Positions 19,963 through 29,577 of a stretch of DNA of 64,000 nt are shown here, piece after piece. A program made the position numbers and the translations under genes. Positions within the stretch are counted from its first letter, which is position 1. Each line of letters begins with the position of its first letter. This stretch comes from a virus, in the IMG/VR virus record IMGVR_UViG_3300000114_000743. One strand, given 5' to 3'. The notes under the pieces are model-generated. The model was not told the origin of the DNA, ran no database searches, and saw only the letters and a list, made by a program, of their open reading frames with translations.

Positions 19963-22802
19963 CTTTCCAACCCCTCTCTGCGAAACTTAAAATCGTAAAG
20001 CGTTATATCGCCATCATCACATTCCGTCAACTTCGATATATTCGTGTTGTTTTCATTAATCAAATCAATAAATACATCGTCCGATTTTTGAAAAACTGTT
20101 TGGAATATCAATCTGTGAACATCAGAATAATCTTTGTTTTCAAACGCTTTGACCAATAAATACGCGACCCTTCTTCCTATTCTCAGAGAAGAAATATAAT
20201 TCTTGCAAGCACTCTTCATTTCGTCAATATCCTTAAAAACGCATTTGTGCTCATGTTTATCGCAACTACTTAATCGGCAGTATGCTTCTTTGATTTTTTT
20301 GTTGGACAACCTGATTTCATCAATAATTCTATTAAACGTTTTATAATATTTGCCGTTAAATTCAACTCGCTCAACTGTTTTAATAATTGAACAAAACGGC
20401 AAATAGGTCTCTTTTACTTCTTTGCGGTTGTTATAAACATAACGGTTAATTATTTTTTGCAAATAATCCATAGAAGTATGAAAATATTTGTATCTGTGTT
20501 TCGGGTTAAGTTCATATCCGTTTTCTTTGGTAATCATTTTGAAAAACATCGGTTTAATAATCATCGGTGCTTTTGATTTGTCATCTCTGCCTTTCCATTT
20601 CCACTTTTCTTTAAGAAATTTCAATTCCTTCATGCTGTCAATCGAAAATTCTTTCTTAGCTTTGTCAATCTCAATCCCGCTGAGAACCGATAGTTTGCAA
20701 ATATCGCTGTACAAATCCGAATTTTGCTCAAAACTTTGCCCATCGTGAATATTGTGCCAAAACTTACTGTTCAATTCCTGCGACAAATTCACGATTTCAC
20801 CGATTTTGTTCACGCTTGTCTTAACGTCTAAATCTGCTTTTTCGTAATCGGAATATCGCCGTTTAGCTTTTTCGGCGGCAACACAGTTCGTCGGAACAAG
20901 ATACCTGTTATAATTTGTTATAGCGTTATCAATAAGAGTTTTATCATCGGTAATCAGCAAAGTATCCGAATCATAATCCGCGCCGTTGAGTTTTTGTTGT
21001 AGATTCTCGCAGATAGCGTTTACACAGACAATTTCATTGCTCAAATTAAAATATCTGTAAAATCCGGCATGGCTTATGTTTTCAGCTAAATAAATATTCG
21101 CCATAGTGATATGCGGCGAACGTGTCCCTAATAATTTCTTGCCGACAGAAAACCGCTTTGATATAACATTACCGACACCTATTTCAGATTCGCCGTTAAA
21201 TTGCCCAATGCTTTGCTTCAACATTTCAAGACCGTTTCCGAACATTACCGAATAATTACCGTTTATCAAAACATGACCGCGCTTCAAATTTTTAATCATT
21301 GATTTAACCAAATCATTCCGGAAATCCTGATACAGCTTTGTTTTGGTGAAATCATCGTTTACACCCATCAACGCAAAAACCACGTCGCTTTCCGAAGAAA
21401 ACTCATAATCTTCAATATTACTGTGAGGATGTTTTATATGATACCTCAGCACATCAGGATCGTCTTTTACCTTAGTTATATAATCCAAAGATGGTTGTAA
21501 AAACCGCTGCATATCCTCAGAGCTCAACTGCAACGTATTCAGCAGTTGATAATGGCATTGAACCATTCTTCCATCGAAGTGATGCGGAGGTTTTTCATGC
21601 TTCACAATTCCGAATGTATTGTCCCAATTATCAAACCATTGCTGTTTATTACCGAACTTCAAATATTTTATGCTGTTCGGCGTCGTAATCAGTTTAATAT
21701 CTTCGACACGCTTTGCTAAAGTGAATCCGTTTAACTGACTGACTTCGTAAATATCATTGTCAGCGAGCCAATCTTGAATATTCGTGTTAAACGCACAAGT
21801 CTTAAAAAACCTATTGCGAAGCAATAACATTCCGTATTGCGAGTATTTCCCGAACAAGCTTTTATCCATTAGGGATTGCCCATCCCAAATACTGTTTTTT
21901 ATTTCCGCCTCGCCCATCCGTGCCGATAGACAACCATCTTCAAAACCGACAGAAACCACATTATCTTTAAACACACTTTCATAATCGTCGATTATTAAAA
22001 CGTTTTCCGGCAATATTTCCATTGTGTCTATAATACTGCTTGAAGTCAGCGAAATATAAGATTCAAACGCCGCTAAGTCGATTTCGTCACCGTCTTTTAT
22101 GTCCAATCCGCATAATTGCCATTGGTGAAACCGTGAATATAATAATTCGTTGATAAACCAACACTTCCCGACACGGCTGCTCCCGCTGCTTCGTTTAAAC
22201 CTTATATATTTTGCGCCGTCAAGCATGAACCCCTCTTTATATAAAAATTCTCTCAGCTGCTGTTTGGTTTTAATCGTCGGAATACTGCCGGAACGTTCAT
22301 AAACATTTTTTTCTGCATTATAACTAAAATATTTTGATTGGAAGGAATCAAGCTGATTGCTTTTAATCGGTTTATCAACTTTAATGCCGATTACTTCGCC
22401 GCCAATTATACAGATATTATCAACAAAATCGAGATTCCGATATAAATATCCCGCTTTTATATAAATATTTTTACCCGCTTTATTGTATAATTTGTGAGTG
22501 TATTTAAACGTCACGTTCAAAATATACGATGAATATCGTTTGCCCTCAACTTCAAACGTCCAATCTTTCCTTCTCGCTATCTTGGTATAAATCTCAGACA
22601 GTTTAATCATGTCCAAGCTATAATCGAACGCATTAATATATCGTTTCAGACTAACAGTTCCGTCAGAAAATCGGGTGCTGTAACCCATTCCGTTTCCATT
22701 CACAAGGTTATTTGAATTATATAAGTCCTTTGCATCAACACTTAGAATACGAACGCTCTTATTTTCAACCAAAAAAACCCCTCCCTTTTTAATTTCCGTC
22801 AT
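19959..22802 (-). CDS. YonO-like single-subunit RNA polymerase (eukaryotic RdRP-related double-psi barrel)
   Basis: RSPH and GADYDSD metal-binding motif, 947 aa, synteny; real start possibly TTG 22772. Confidence 0.85.
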   Translation of the reverse strand: MTEIKKGGVFLVENKSVRILSVDAKDLYNSNNLVNGNGMGYSTRFSDGTVSLKRYINAFDYSLDMIKLSEIYTKIARRKDWTFEVEGKRYSSYILNVTFKYTHKLYNKAGKNIYIKAGYLYRNLDFVDNICIIGGEVIGIKVDKPIKSNQLDSFQSKYFSYNAEKNVYERSGSIPTIKTKQQLREFLYKEGFMLDGAKYIRFKRSSGSSRVGKCWFINELLYSRFHQWQLCGLDIKDGDEIDLAAFESYISLTSSSIIDTMEILPENVLIIDDYESVFKDNVVSVGFEDGCLSARMGEAEIKNSIWDGQSLMDKSLFGKYSQYGMLLLRNRFFKTCAFNTNIQDWLADNDIYEVSQLNGFTLAKRVEDIKLITTPNSIKYLKFGNKQQWFDNWDNTFGIVKHEKPPHHFDGRMVQCHYQLLNTLQLSSEDMQRFLQPSLDYITKVKDDPDVLRYHIKHPHSNIEDYEFSSESDVVFALMGVNDDFTKTKLYQDFRNDLVKSMIKNLKRGHVLINGNYSVMFGNGLEMLKQSIGQFNGESEIGVGNVISKRFSVGKKLLGTRSPHITMANIYLAENISHAGFYRYFNLSNEIVCVNAICENLQQKLNGADYDSDTLLITDDKTLIDNAITNYNRYLVPTNCVAAEKAKRRYSDYEKADLDVKTSVNKIGEIVNLSQELNSKFWHNIHDGQSFEQNSDLYSDICKLSVLSGIEIDKAKKEFSIDSMKELKFLKEKWKWKGRDDKSKAPMIIKPMFFKMITKENGYELNPKHRYKYFHTSMDYLQKIINRYVYNNRKEVKETYLPFCSIIKTVERVEFNGKYYKTFNRIIDEIRLSNKKIKEAYCRLSSCDKHEHKCVFKDIDEMKSACKNYISSLRIGRRVAYLLVKAFENKDYSDVHRLIFQTVFQKSDDVFIDLINENNTNISKLTECDDGDITLYDFKFRREGLES

Positions 22803-22856
22803 TCCTCCCTATTATTTTCGTTGCGGGTTTCGACACACACGCAAATTCCTTATCGG

Positions 22857-23048
22857 TTATTCATAAATCTCTGATTCAATCTCATACGCCAAATCTTTAT
22901 GTCTCAATTTACTTGCTTCTTCAAACCGTCTGCTCGGAAACATATCCATATGTATTTCTGTATCATAATAATCAAGATATATTTCATATTCTTGATATAC
23001 CTTTTCTTTGTTGGTCATATATCCATATTCTCCTTTCATTTTTTTCAT
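22857..23048 (-). CDS. Small hypothetical protein
   Basis: AAAGGAG RBS suggests start at Met11. Confidence 0.5.
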   Translation of the reverse strand: MKKMKGEYGYMTNKEKVYQEYEIYLDYYDTEIHMDMFPSRRFEEASKLRHKDLAYEIESEIYE

Positions 23049-23070
23049 TGCATTTCAAGTATATATATTG

Positions 23071-23086
23071 GTTATAATTTGTTATA
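23071..23086 (-). repeat. TATAACAAATTATAAC perfect motif
   Basis: Direct read (gttataatttgttata on +). Confidence 0.75.
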
Positions 23087-23095
23087 AGGTTTGTT

Positions 23096-24148
23096 TTATA
23101 ACGGTATAGCATTCAGCTTAATCAAATAATCAACAAGTTTATTTTGATTTTGCACATATTTTGGATGTAACTTATATTTTTCATTTTTCTGCTCCAAAGC
23201 ATAATCCGGCAATGTTCCCCAGAACATTTCATCAGCTTTGTGCTCGTCAACGATTTGCTCCTGCCGGTCACTATAAATATCAATGTTTCGGCAAAATTGT
23301 GAAACCGCTTGTTTACACAAAACTTCAACAATTTTTTTGTTAAGCTCGTTCTTTGCATATTCAAATTCGGCGACAGGAATATTATTCTTTATCTCATCCC
23401 CGATAAAAATAATTTTATATTGTTTGTAGACGTACAACCAATTCCGCTCCCGTAAAAAAACTTTGTTTGTTAAATTAAAGAATTTTTTTCTTGAAAATCT
23501 GTAATAAATTTGAACCATCGACTGCAATTCAAGATTTTCCAACACCTTATTTTTTGTCTTGATTATGTAGGAAACTTCGTTGTCTGCCGCAGTCCTATGA
23601 AGTTCCGTATCACCGTCCTTTTCTACGACCACATACTCCTCGCAATATTCAATAAGAAATCTGTTTCTTAAATTATTTAATGCCGAAACTAATATCTTGT
23701 CCAATCTCGTCGGCACCCGTCTGTAAAAATCCCTAACATCAAATTGAGTCATTCCGTCTATGTTTTTAATAAGCGCCCCTCGATTTTTCTCATCAGCATA
23801 AAGAATATAGTTTTGATTCACCATAAACAAATTCAAATATAAATCCTTTTTAACAAGCTCACAATTATTTCCGGGTTTCGCTGCAAGATATTTCATAAGA
23901 AGAAGCTCTATATATGCGATATAAACCGAATTGTTACCGTTTATCCGCCTGTCTGTTTTTGGCAGCGGCTCATTATATATATCCTTAATTAAAAACTTTT
24001 GCCCTGCTTTTTCATAACCAAAATAGCGGCACCACTCCTTTAATTGTGATTTTTTTGAATTCCCCTCATATTCATTTTCTCTAAGCAATTTGCACATTTC
24101 TTTATAATTTTTGACTTCTTGCCCTAAATAAAGTTTTGAACAGTTCAA
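23096..24148 (-). CDS. Conserved phage hypothetical protein upstream of RNAP gene
   Basis: 350 aa, KNYKEMC..L...GNSKKSQLKEW.RYF N-terminus; TTG start with GGGGG RBS. Confidence 0.7.
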   Translation of the reverse strand: MNCSKLYLGQEVKNYKEMCKLLRENEYEGNSKKSQLKEWCRYFGYEKAGQKFLIKDIYNEPLPKTDRRINGNNSVYIAYIELLLMKYLAAKPGNNCELVKKDLYLNLFMVNQNYILYADEKNRGALIKNIDGMTQFDVRDFYRRVPTRLDKILVSALNNLRNRFLIEYCEEYVVVEKDGDTELHRTAADNEVSYIIKTKNKVLENLELQSMVQIYYRFSRKKFFNLTNKVFLRERNWLYVYKQYKIIFIGDEIKNNIPVAEFEYAKNELNKKIVEVLCKQAVSQFCRNIDIYSDRQEQIVDEHKADEMFWGTLPDYALEQKNEKYKLHPKYVQNQNKLVDYLIKLNAIPL

Positions 24149-24234
24149 TATGTCCCCCTGTTTTTATTAATATTTTATCCGCTTATCTTCGAGCAACTTA
24201 TTATTACGCCAGTCGGCACTATACGAACTTACTG

Positions 24235-24320
24235 AAATAAAAATTGAACATTTAAAAAGCTATATAAAATTTAATTATGTAATTATTATTATCCCTGTTT
24301 AAATGTTCAATTTTTTATTT
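24235..24320. repeat. 22-bp inverted repeat flanking AT-rich spacer
   Basis: aaataaaaattgaacatttaaa (24235-24256) / tttaaatgttcaattttttattt (24298-24320). Confidence 0.7.
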
Positions 24321-24535
24321 TAAGCTAAACCAAAGAATCCAAAAATCATTTTACGAGCGACGCAGGAGCGAGTAACAGGGCGTAAGCCCTACGACCGCAA
24401 GCCCTCGGCAGAGTAATTTTATCCGCACTTTAATGTCAGCGAAATAAAAAAAGACACTCTGTTCATCCGAATTTACGCTATTACAAATAGCGGTTGCCCA
24501 AACAAGGCGGATGAAAAAAGTATCTTTCAAAAGCA

Positions 24536-24551
24536 TATAACAAATTATAAC
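24536..24551 (+). repeat. TATAACAAATTATAAC perfect motif just downstream of the leftward promoter
   Basis: Direct read. Confidence 0.75.
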
Positions 24552-24565
24552 CGTGTAATGTATTT

Positions 24566-24594
24566 ATAATATCACACGGGTTTTACTTTGTCAA
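24566..24594 (-). promoter_or_regulatory. Leftward SigA promoter driving toward the RNAP operon
   Basis: TTGACA-17-TATTAT with TG extension. Confidence 0.75.
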
Positions 24595-24627
24595 GAGTTT
24601 TATAAATTCCCCGAAGAGTTTTCTTTG

Positions 24628-25110
24628 TCAACAGATACCAGCTTCTAAAGAATCAACCGGGACAATAAAAAGCTCCTTTCCATTATCTTTCGCATATTGT
24701 ATTGTAAATGCTGTACCACCGCTGTTTCGCCCATCATAAACAGCAATTATTCTTTCAGCTTGATTAACCATGTATTTATTTCTTGCTTTATAACAGGCGT
24801 TGCTGTAATTTTCAGATAAAACAATAAAAGAATCGCATTGTTCAAAAATTCTATGAAAATCATTGTTTTTTGTTTCCGCTCTCTTTCGATAAGGAAGGGC
24901 AGCTTCAAGTCTTATTGTGGGATTATCTTTCTTAGTTTCAATGACGAGTTCAGCAAATAACAAATCTGTTCCCTCAGCCATCCCGGAAATAAAGTGCGTA
25001 TATCCGTCATTAATAGCATTTTGAATTTGTTTTCTAAGCTCCCTTTTAACATAGTCAATCTGTTTTGTTAATAAAACCCTGTGTCCAGTTACGCAACATT
25101 CCTTAACCAT
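24628..25110 (-). CDS. YpsA/DUF1273 SLOG-family protein
   Basis: VTGHR, FISGMAEGTD, RNKYMV, VYDG..SGGT motifs. Confidence 0.85.
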   Translation of the reverse strand: MVKECCVTGHRVLLTKQIDYVKRELRKQIQNAINDGYTHFISGMAEGTDLLFAELVIETKKDNPTIRLEAALPYRKRAETKNNDFHRIFEQCDSFIVLSENYSNACYKARNKYMVNQAERIIAVYDGRNSGGTAFTIQYAKDNGKELFIVPVDSLEAGIC

Positions 25111-25290
25111 TCATTTTCTTTCCCCTCTTATGATTTTTTTATTTAAACCGCATCTACATCAAGTAGAAGCATTTGTATATAATAACCTCACCATGTAGTC
25201 ATTGTCAAGATATAGTCTAATTGATGTGGTCGTTTTTGTTAAAACGCAGTATATAATTATCTTAAAAGTGACAAAAGCGAGGATGATGAC

Positions 25291-25626
25291 TTGATGGACG
25301 AATATTATCAAGATTATTTAAAATATTTTTCTAATCGACTTATTAAACTGCGTATGGCAAAAGGGGTTTCAGCACGAGAGATGAGTCTGTCAATCGGTCA
25401 AAGCAAGGGTTACATAGGTTCGTTGGAAAGAAAACACAGCTTGCCGTCTATGTCCATTTTTTTCGTTATATGCGAATACCTTAATATTTCACCGAAAGAG
25501 TTTTTTGACGATGGAATTGAGTTTCCCGTTGTTTTCTGCGAGTTGCTTGAAAACTTGAAAGGGCTTGATGAAGAGCAGTTATCGAATATTAACAGCATTA
25601 CCAAAGGTCTTAAACGCAAAGTTTAG
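25291..25626 (+). CDS. XRE-family HTH regulator
   Basis: RLIKLRMAKGVSAREMSLSIG...LERKHSLPSM. Confidence 0.85.
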   Translation: MMDEYYQDYLKYFSNRLIKLRMAKGVSAREMSLSIGQSKGYIGSLERKHSLPSMSIFFVICEYLNISPKEFFDDGIEFPVVFCELLENLKGLDEEQLSNINSITKGLKRKV

Positions 25627-25686
25627 CAAATATATTTATTTAATTAGGTAAAGAAGTAAAATTATTTGCCTCGTAAATGAAGCGTT

Positions 25687-25908
25687 AAACATTGATAAAA
25701 TAAGAGTTTGTTTAATTTTATAATAACAGTTATGGAGTAATCTTCACGAAACAGCGTAATATAAAGACTTTAAGTGACATGGCGTCTTTTTTCTTTATGT
25801 GTATAATCTCTCAAACGCTGTATTTATAAGGCTCTTACGAGGGTTATTTATTTTTTGTTTGATATGAGATTTTTATGTTAAGATGACGAAACGCAGTAAT
25901 ATCAAGGC
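25687..25908 (+). repeat. Four degenerate ~20-bp direct repeats
   Basis: 25687 aaacattgataaaataagag, 25749 aaacagcgtaatataaagac, 25813 aaacgctgtatttataaggc, 25889 aaacgcagtaatatcaaggc. Confidence 0.5.
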
Positions 25909-26172
25909 TCGTTGAGTAAGTGAAGTGCTTATTGCTGATTTGCTCAAAACGAAGCCTTTAAAGATGTAAAATACCCCCCCATTCCGCATATATACAGGGT
26001 TTTTCGTTGTTTTCGACTTGATATAAATATATATTATATCAAGTCGTTACAGCTCCGACAGCTCAACAAACTAAAAACAAAAAAACACTTTGCACCATCT
26101 TTCTTGTCAATTCTGATGGCGTTATTTTTTACTTTATTTGTTAATTACTTTTTTAATAACCGAAACTAATTC

Positions 26173-26201
26173 TTGAAAACCACTTCACAAAATGTTATAA
26201 T
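26173..26201 (+). promoter_or_regulatory. SigA promoter
   Basis: TTGAAA-17-TATAAT, TG extension. Confidence 0.7.
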
Positions 26202-26222
26202 ATGGCTGAAGGTGGTGACTTA

Positions 26223-26420
26223 ATGGATAATAAAAAAGTCTTTAATGAAACGCAATATAAGCGAGATTTTAACGCCGCAAACTATGATCGAATTGATTTA
26301 TCTTTACCCAAAGGGAAAAAGCAAGTTTTAAAAAACATAGCGGCTGAAAACCACGAATCAGTTAATAATTTAATTAATCGGGCAATAGATGTTGAAATAG
26401 AAAAATATAAAAAAATTTGA
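26223..26420 (+). CDS. Ribbon-helix-helix (Arc-like) small regulator
   Basis: NYDRIDLSLPKGKKQVLK..A....SVNNLINRAI; start moved behind AAGGTGG RBS. Confidence 0.7.
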   Translation: MDNKKVFNETQYKRDFNAANYDRIDLSLPKGKKQVLKNIAAENHESVNNLINRAIDVEIEKYKKI

Positions 26421-26438
26421 GAAAATCGAGAAAAACGC

Positions 26439-26467
26439 TTGACATCTCCTGTAAGATGTGCTATAAT
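26439..26467 (+). promoter_or_regulatory. Consensus strong early promoter
   Basis: TTGACA-17-TATAAT with TG extension. Confidence 0.85.
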
Positions 26468-26583
26468 ATAATCATGGTTGAGAGAGCGGAAGACAACGCA
26501 AGAGGGCAGGTGGGAACCTGCGGAGAACCAAAATCCCGTTGGATGCTAACCGAATACCAAACTAAAAATTCAAGGAGGCAAAA

Positions 26584-26937
26584 ATGTTAAACAATTCAAA
26601 ACTTGCAAACGCTTTCAAATTATCAAGCCGAATCAATGCCTACATTCCCGCAACCGTTCACGATAAGGAAGTAGACAACACGCAATATGTCGAACGCATA
26701 GCAAGCCTTTTTTCGGAATGGTTCGGCGGCGCAACATCAACACCTGCTTTGGGTTATTGGTTGAGCGGAAGTATCGGGCTTATTAAAGAACGCACAACAA
26801 TCATTTTTGCCTATTGCACTACAGAACAGCTTGAAAAGAATATTGATAATGTGGTTGATGCTCTTCTTGAATTAAAGGAAGAATTAAAACAAGAAGCGAT
26901 GGCGCTTGAAATCAACGGCGAAATGCACTTTATTTAA
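26584..26937 (+). CDS. Hypothetical protein (DUF3574-like alpha/beta fold)
   Basis: FGGAT....GYW...G.LIKE pattern; AAGGAGG RBS. Confidence 0.6.
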   Translation: MLNNSKLANAFKLSSRINAYIPATVHDKEVDNTQYVERIASLFSEWFGGATSTPALGYWLSGSIGLIKERTTIIFAYCTTEQLEKNIDNVVDALLELKEELKQEAMALEINGEMHFI

Positions 26938-26957
26938 TAGGCTTTAAGCCTTTTGTG

Positions 26958-26973
26958 TAAAGCAAATTATAAC
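26958..26973 (+). repeat. TATAAC tandem motif (TAAAGCAAATTATAAC) abutting GGGAGG
   Basis: Direct read. Confidence 0.7.
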
Positions 26974-26986
26974 GGGAGGAAACAAG

Positions 26987-27475
26987 ATGAGCACGCCAAA
27001 CTTCAGAACACAAGCGAATTTTCCCTTATACGTTTTTGATGAAAGTCTCACCCGTGATGAAGTCATCGAAGTGTTAGAAGCGAACGACGAAGAAATAACA
27101 GAATCGAATATAAACAGATGGTATGGCTATCTAATAGAAGACAGGGCGCAGTTCTTCATAGACGACATACAACCGGAACTTGACAAAATTAACAACAGTC
27201 TAAACTTCTTTAAAATAATATTGCGCGACGGCTATTATACAGGAATACAGCTATATATCGAATCTACAACCGAATACAATTACGCCGATTATGACAACGA
27301 TGAAACCCGTTACGAATTTGATTTATGTCTGTCACAATTCAAGCGGAAATATGCGGCGGAGGCAAACAAAATCGGGCGACACATGAAAAAGTTGGCGGTA
27401 GATTATGGAATGATACATCTTAACTGTATCGGTATATTCAGCAACGGCGAGGCAATTTACGAACAGGTAGCATAA
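26987..27475 (+). CDS. Early hypothetical protein
   Basis: Strong RBS, 162 aa, ends FSNGEAIY. Confidence 0.75.
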   Translation: MSTPNFRTQANFPLYVFDESLTRDEVIEVLEANDEEITESNINRWYGYLIEDRAQFFIDDIQPELDKINNSLNFFKIILRDGYYTGIQLYIESTTEYNYADYDNDETRYEFDLCLSQFKRKYAAEANKIGRHMKKLAVDYGMIHLNCIGIFSNGEAIYEQVA

Positions 27476-27479
27476 CTTG

Positions 27480-27495
27480 TATATCAAATTATAAC
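27480..27495 (+). repeat. TATAAC tandem motif (TATATCAAATTATAAC) abutting AGGAGG
   Basis: Direct read. Confidence 0.75.
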
Positions 27496-27509
27496 AGGAG
27501 GCAATTTCT

Positions 27510-27848
27510 ATGTTGTTTGAAATTAATCCTACTATACTCATTGATGAGACGATGAATATTTTAACAGATTATTATGAATATAGACGCCGACATAAACAAA
27601 AATATCCTTATGGGGTATATGTCGAAGAAGATACAAAATTTAATGACTTGCGTGACTATGTTGGCTCGGATAAATGTGAAAGTAAATTAAGTCTGTTATA
27701 TTATATCTTTTGTGGACTTGATATTGATAATCTTGTTCGTACAGCTCGTAGATGGTATGAAAAAACAAATTGGCAAATTTGTTTGTCAAACGAAACGGCA
27801 GAAAAACTTATTCGATTTTATTCTAAGGTCGAGGAGAAAACAACATGA
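27510..27848 (+). CDS. Early hypothetical protein
   Basis: AGGAGG RBS. Confidence 0.7.
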   Translation: MLFEINPTILIDETMNILTDYYEYRRRHKQKYPYGVYVEEDTKFNDLRDYVGSDKCESKLSLLYYIFCGLDIDNLVRTARRWYEKTNWQICLSNETAEKLIRFYSKVEEKTT

Positions 27849-28114
27849 AAATTTTAGGGTATGAAAACATAACCGTTTTAAGTCGCTATGAAATGGAGGA
27901 AGACAAAAGCATATTACTTTATGAAGACGACACGAAAAAAATTAATAAATACGGCATATTGTTTGAAGAAAAGTATAACAGCGACACAAATTATGATAAA
28001 GTTAGGAACGGCGCGTTCAATTACGAAACACTAAAGGAAGCCATCAACGAGTTCACGTCGCGGATAAACTGGTTTTTAAGTTACACAATGATTTTTCAAA
28101 ACAGTAAACAATAG
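27845..28114 (+). CDS. Early hypothetical protein
   Basis: ATGA overlap, GAGGAG RBS. Confidence 0.7.
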   Translation: MKILGYENITVLSRYEMEEDKSILLYEDDTKKINKYGILFEEKYNSDTNYDKVRNGAFNYETLKEAINEFTSRINWFLSYTMIFQNSKQ

Positions 28115-28117
28115 CCA

Positions 28118-28133
28118 TATAACAAATTATAAC
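28118..28133 (+). repeat. TATAACAAATTATAAC perfect motif abutting AGGAGG
   Basis: Direct read. Confidence 0.8.
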
Positions 28134-28144
28134 AGGAGGTAAAT

Positions 28145-29476
28145 ATGTTGCATTTTAAAAACGTAAAATCATATGAGGATTTAAAAACGCAATATCGTAA
28201 ATTAGCGCTTGCCAATCACCCCGATGCCGGAGGAGATACGGCGATAATGCAAGACATAAACAAGGAATACGATCAGCTTTTTATTATATGGAAAAACCGA
28301 AGCAAAATAGAAGCCAACGAAACGGCCGCCAGTACGAGAAACGAATTTTACACTTCAAACGGTTGGGAAGGCGAAAACTATAACAGCAAATTATCTTTGA
28401 AGGAAATAGCCTGCATTATACGCGAGTTTATTAACATTCATTATAACGATTGCAAATTCAGCGTAACAACAGAATATGCAAGTATGTGTCAGGAATTGCA
28501 TATCTCCATAATGGAAAGCCCGCACAGAGCATATAAAAAATTCGACGAGCTAACCGATGACGATATAGAAGAAATGCGAAGGGATTACAACTATAATAAC
28601 CCGAATTTCTATAACGAAACCGAGAAAATTTTCAACGAAAGATACACAAAAAGATTTTACACTGAGGAAATCAAAGAACCTATGAACGCTGTCAACGATT
28701 ATGCAAACAGCTTTAATTATGACGATACGGATGCACAGATTGATTACTTCGATGTTAATTTTTATTTCTTCGGTGTCAAAGTCGGCAAATGGGACAAACC
28801 TTATAAAATCGTGCAACGTACAAAAAAGGACGTTCCAAACGTCGAACATGAAAACGTATCCGTCACGAAAACACGCAAATACAAAACTCTCGAACCGCAG
28901 GACATAAAAGCTCCGGCAGAGTTTTCGGAAGGGCAGACATTTCAATTAAAAGTCGGGTTTAATTACGGCTGCCGATGCGGGTTGGTTTATAAAATCACCT
29001 CAATAAGCAACGGTTATATCAACGCCTATAAATTGGGGAAGGAATATAAAAACGTATGCAAGGGCAATATTCGCGGAAACAACTTTTGCCCTTCGGTCGA
29101 AAAACTCAAACAATGGGTTGCGACGGGTTCAATTTCTTTCATTGAGCTTATCGAAGTAACAAAAACCGAAGAATATACAAGCGTAGTCCGCAGACCGAAA
29201 AAGCAGACAGGAGTATCAACAGAAGTCAACGCTGAATATAAAAACACGAACGAAACAACACAACACAAAAATTTCACGGTAACGCCCGACATTGATACCC
29301 GCGACAATTCCGCAATATGGGTTATGAAAATAACCGATAGGTTGAACAGGGAAGATTACAAAATGGCAGCAGAAGCCATAAAAAATATCGGAGGTTATTA
29401 CAGCAAATTCAAACACGGTTTTATATTCAACGCTGAACCGGAAACAGCAGAAATTGAAAGAGCATTAAGCGCATAA
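28145..29476 (+). CDS. J-domain + LPD29-like polyvalent protein
   Basis: YRKLALANHPDAGGD (HPD motif); KFSVT...Y..SFNYDD.D.QIDYFDVNFY. Confidence 0.7.
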   Translation: MLHFKNVKSYEDLKTQYRKLALANHPDAGGDTAIMQDINKEYDQLFIIWKNRSKIEANETAASTRNEFYTSNGWEGENYNSKLSLKEIACIIREFINIHYNDCKFSVTTEYASMCQELHISIMESPHRAYKKFDELTDDDIEEMRRDYNYNNPNFYNETEKIFNERYTKRFYTEEIKEPMNAVNDYANSFNYDDTDAQIDYFDVNFYFFGVKVGKWDKPYKIVQRTKKDVPNVEHENVSVTKTRKYKTLEPQDIKAPAEFSEGQTFQLKVGFNYGCRCGLVYKITSISNGYINAYKLGKEYKNVCKGNIRGNNFCPSVEKLKQWVATGSISFIELIEVTKTEEYTSVVRRPKKQTGVSTEVNAEYKNTNETTQHKNFTVTPDIDTRDNSAIWVMKITDRLNREDYKMAAEAIKNIGGYYSKFKHGFIFNAEPETAEIERALSA

Positions 29477-29548
29477 GTGACATAAACGCAGAGTAACCGC
29501 GCAAGCGGTTAATGCGGCAAGGTGAACGGTTACAAGCCCGAAGACCGC

Positions 29549-29564
29549 AATAACCTATTATAAC
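29549..29564 (+). repeat. TATAAC tandem motif (AATAACCTATTATAAC) abutting AGGAGG
   Basis: Direct read. Confidence 0.65.
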
Positions 29565-29577
29565 AGGAGGACACATC

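Noticed and set aside
24351-24536. 61-aa minus-strand ORF in the regulatory region
   Set aside because: No convincing RBS or protein-like features; it overlaps hairpin and operator elements
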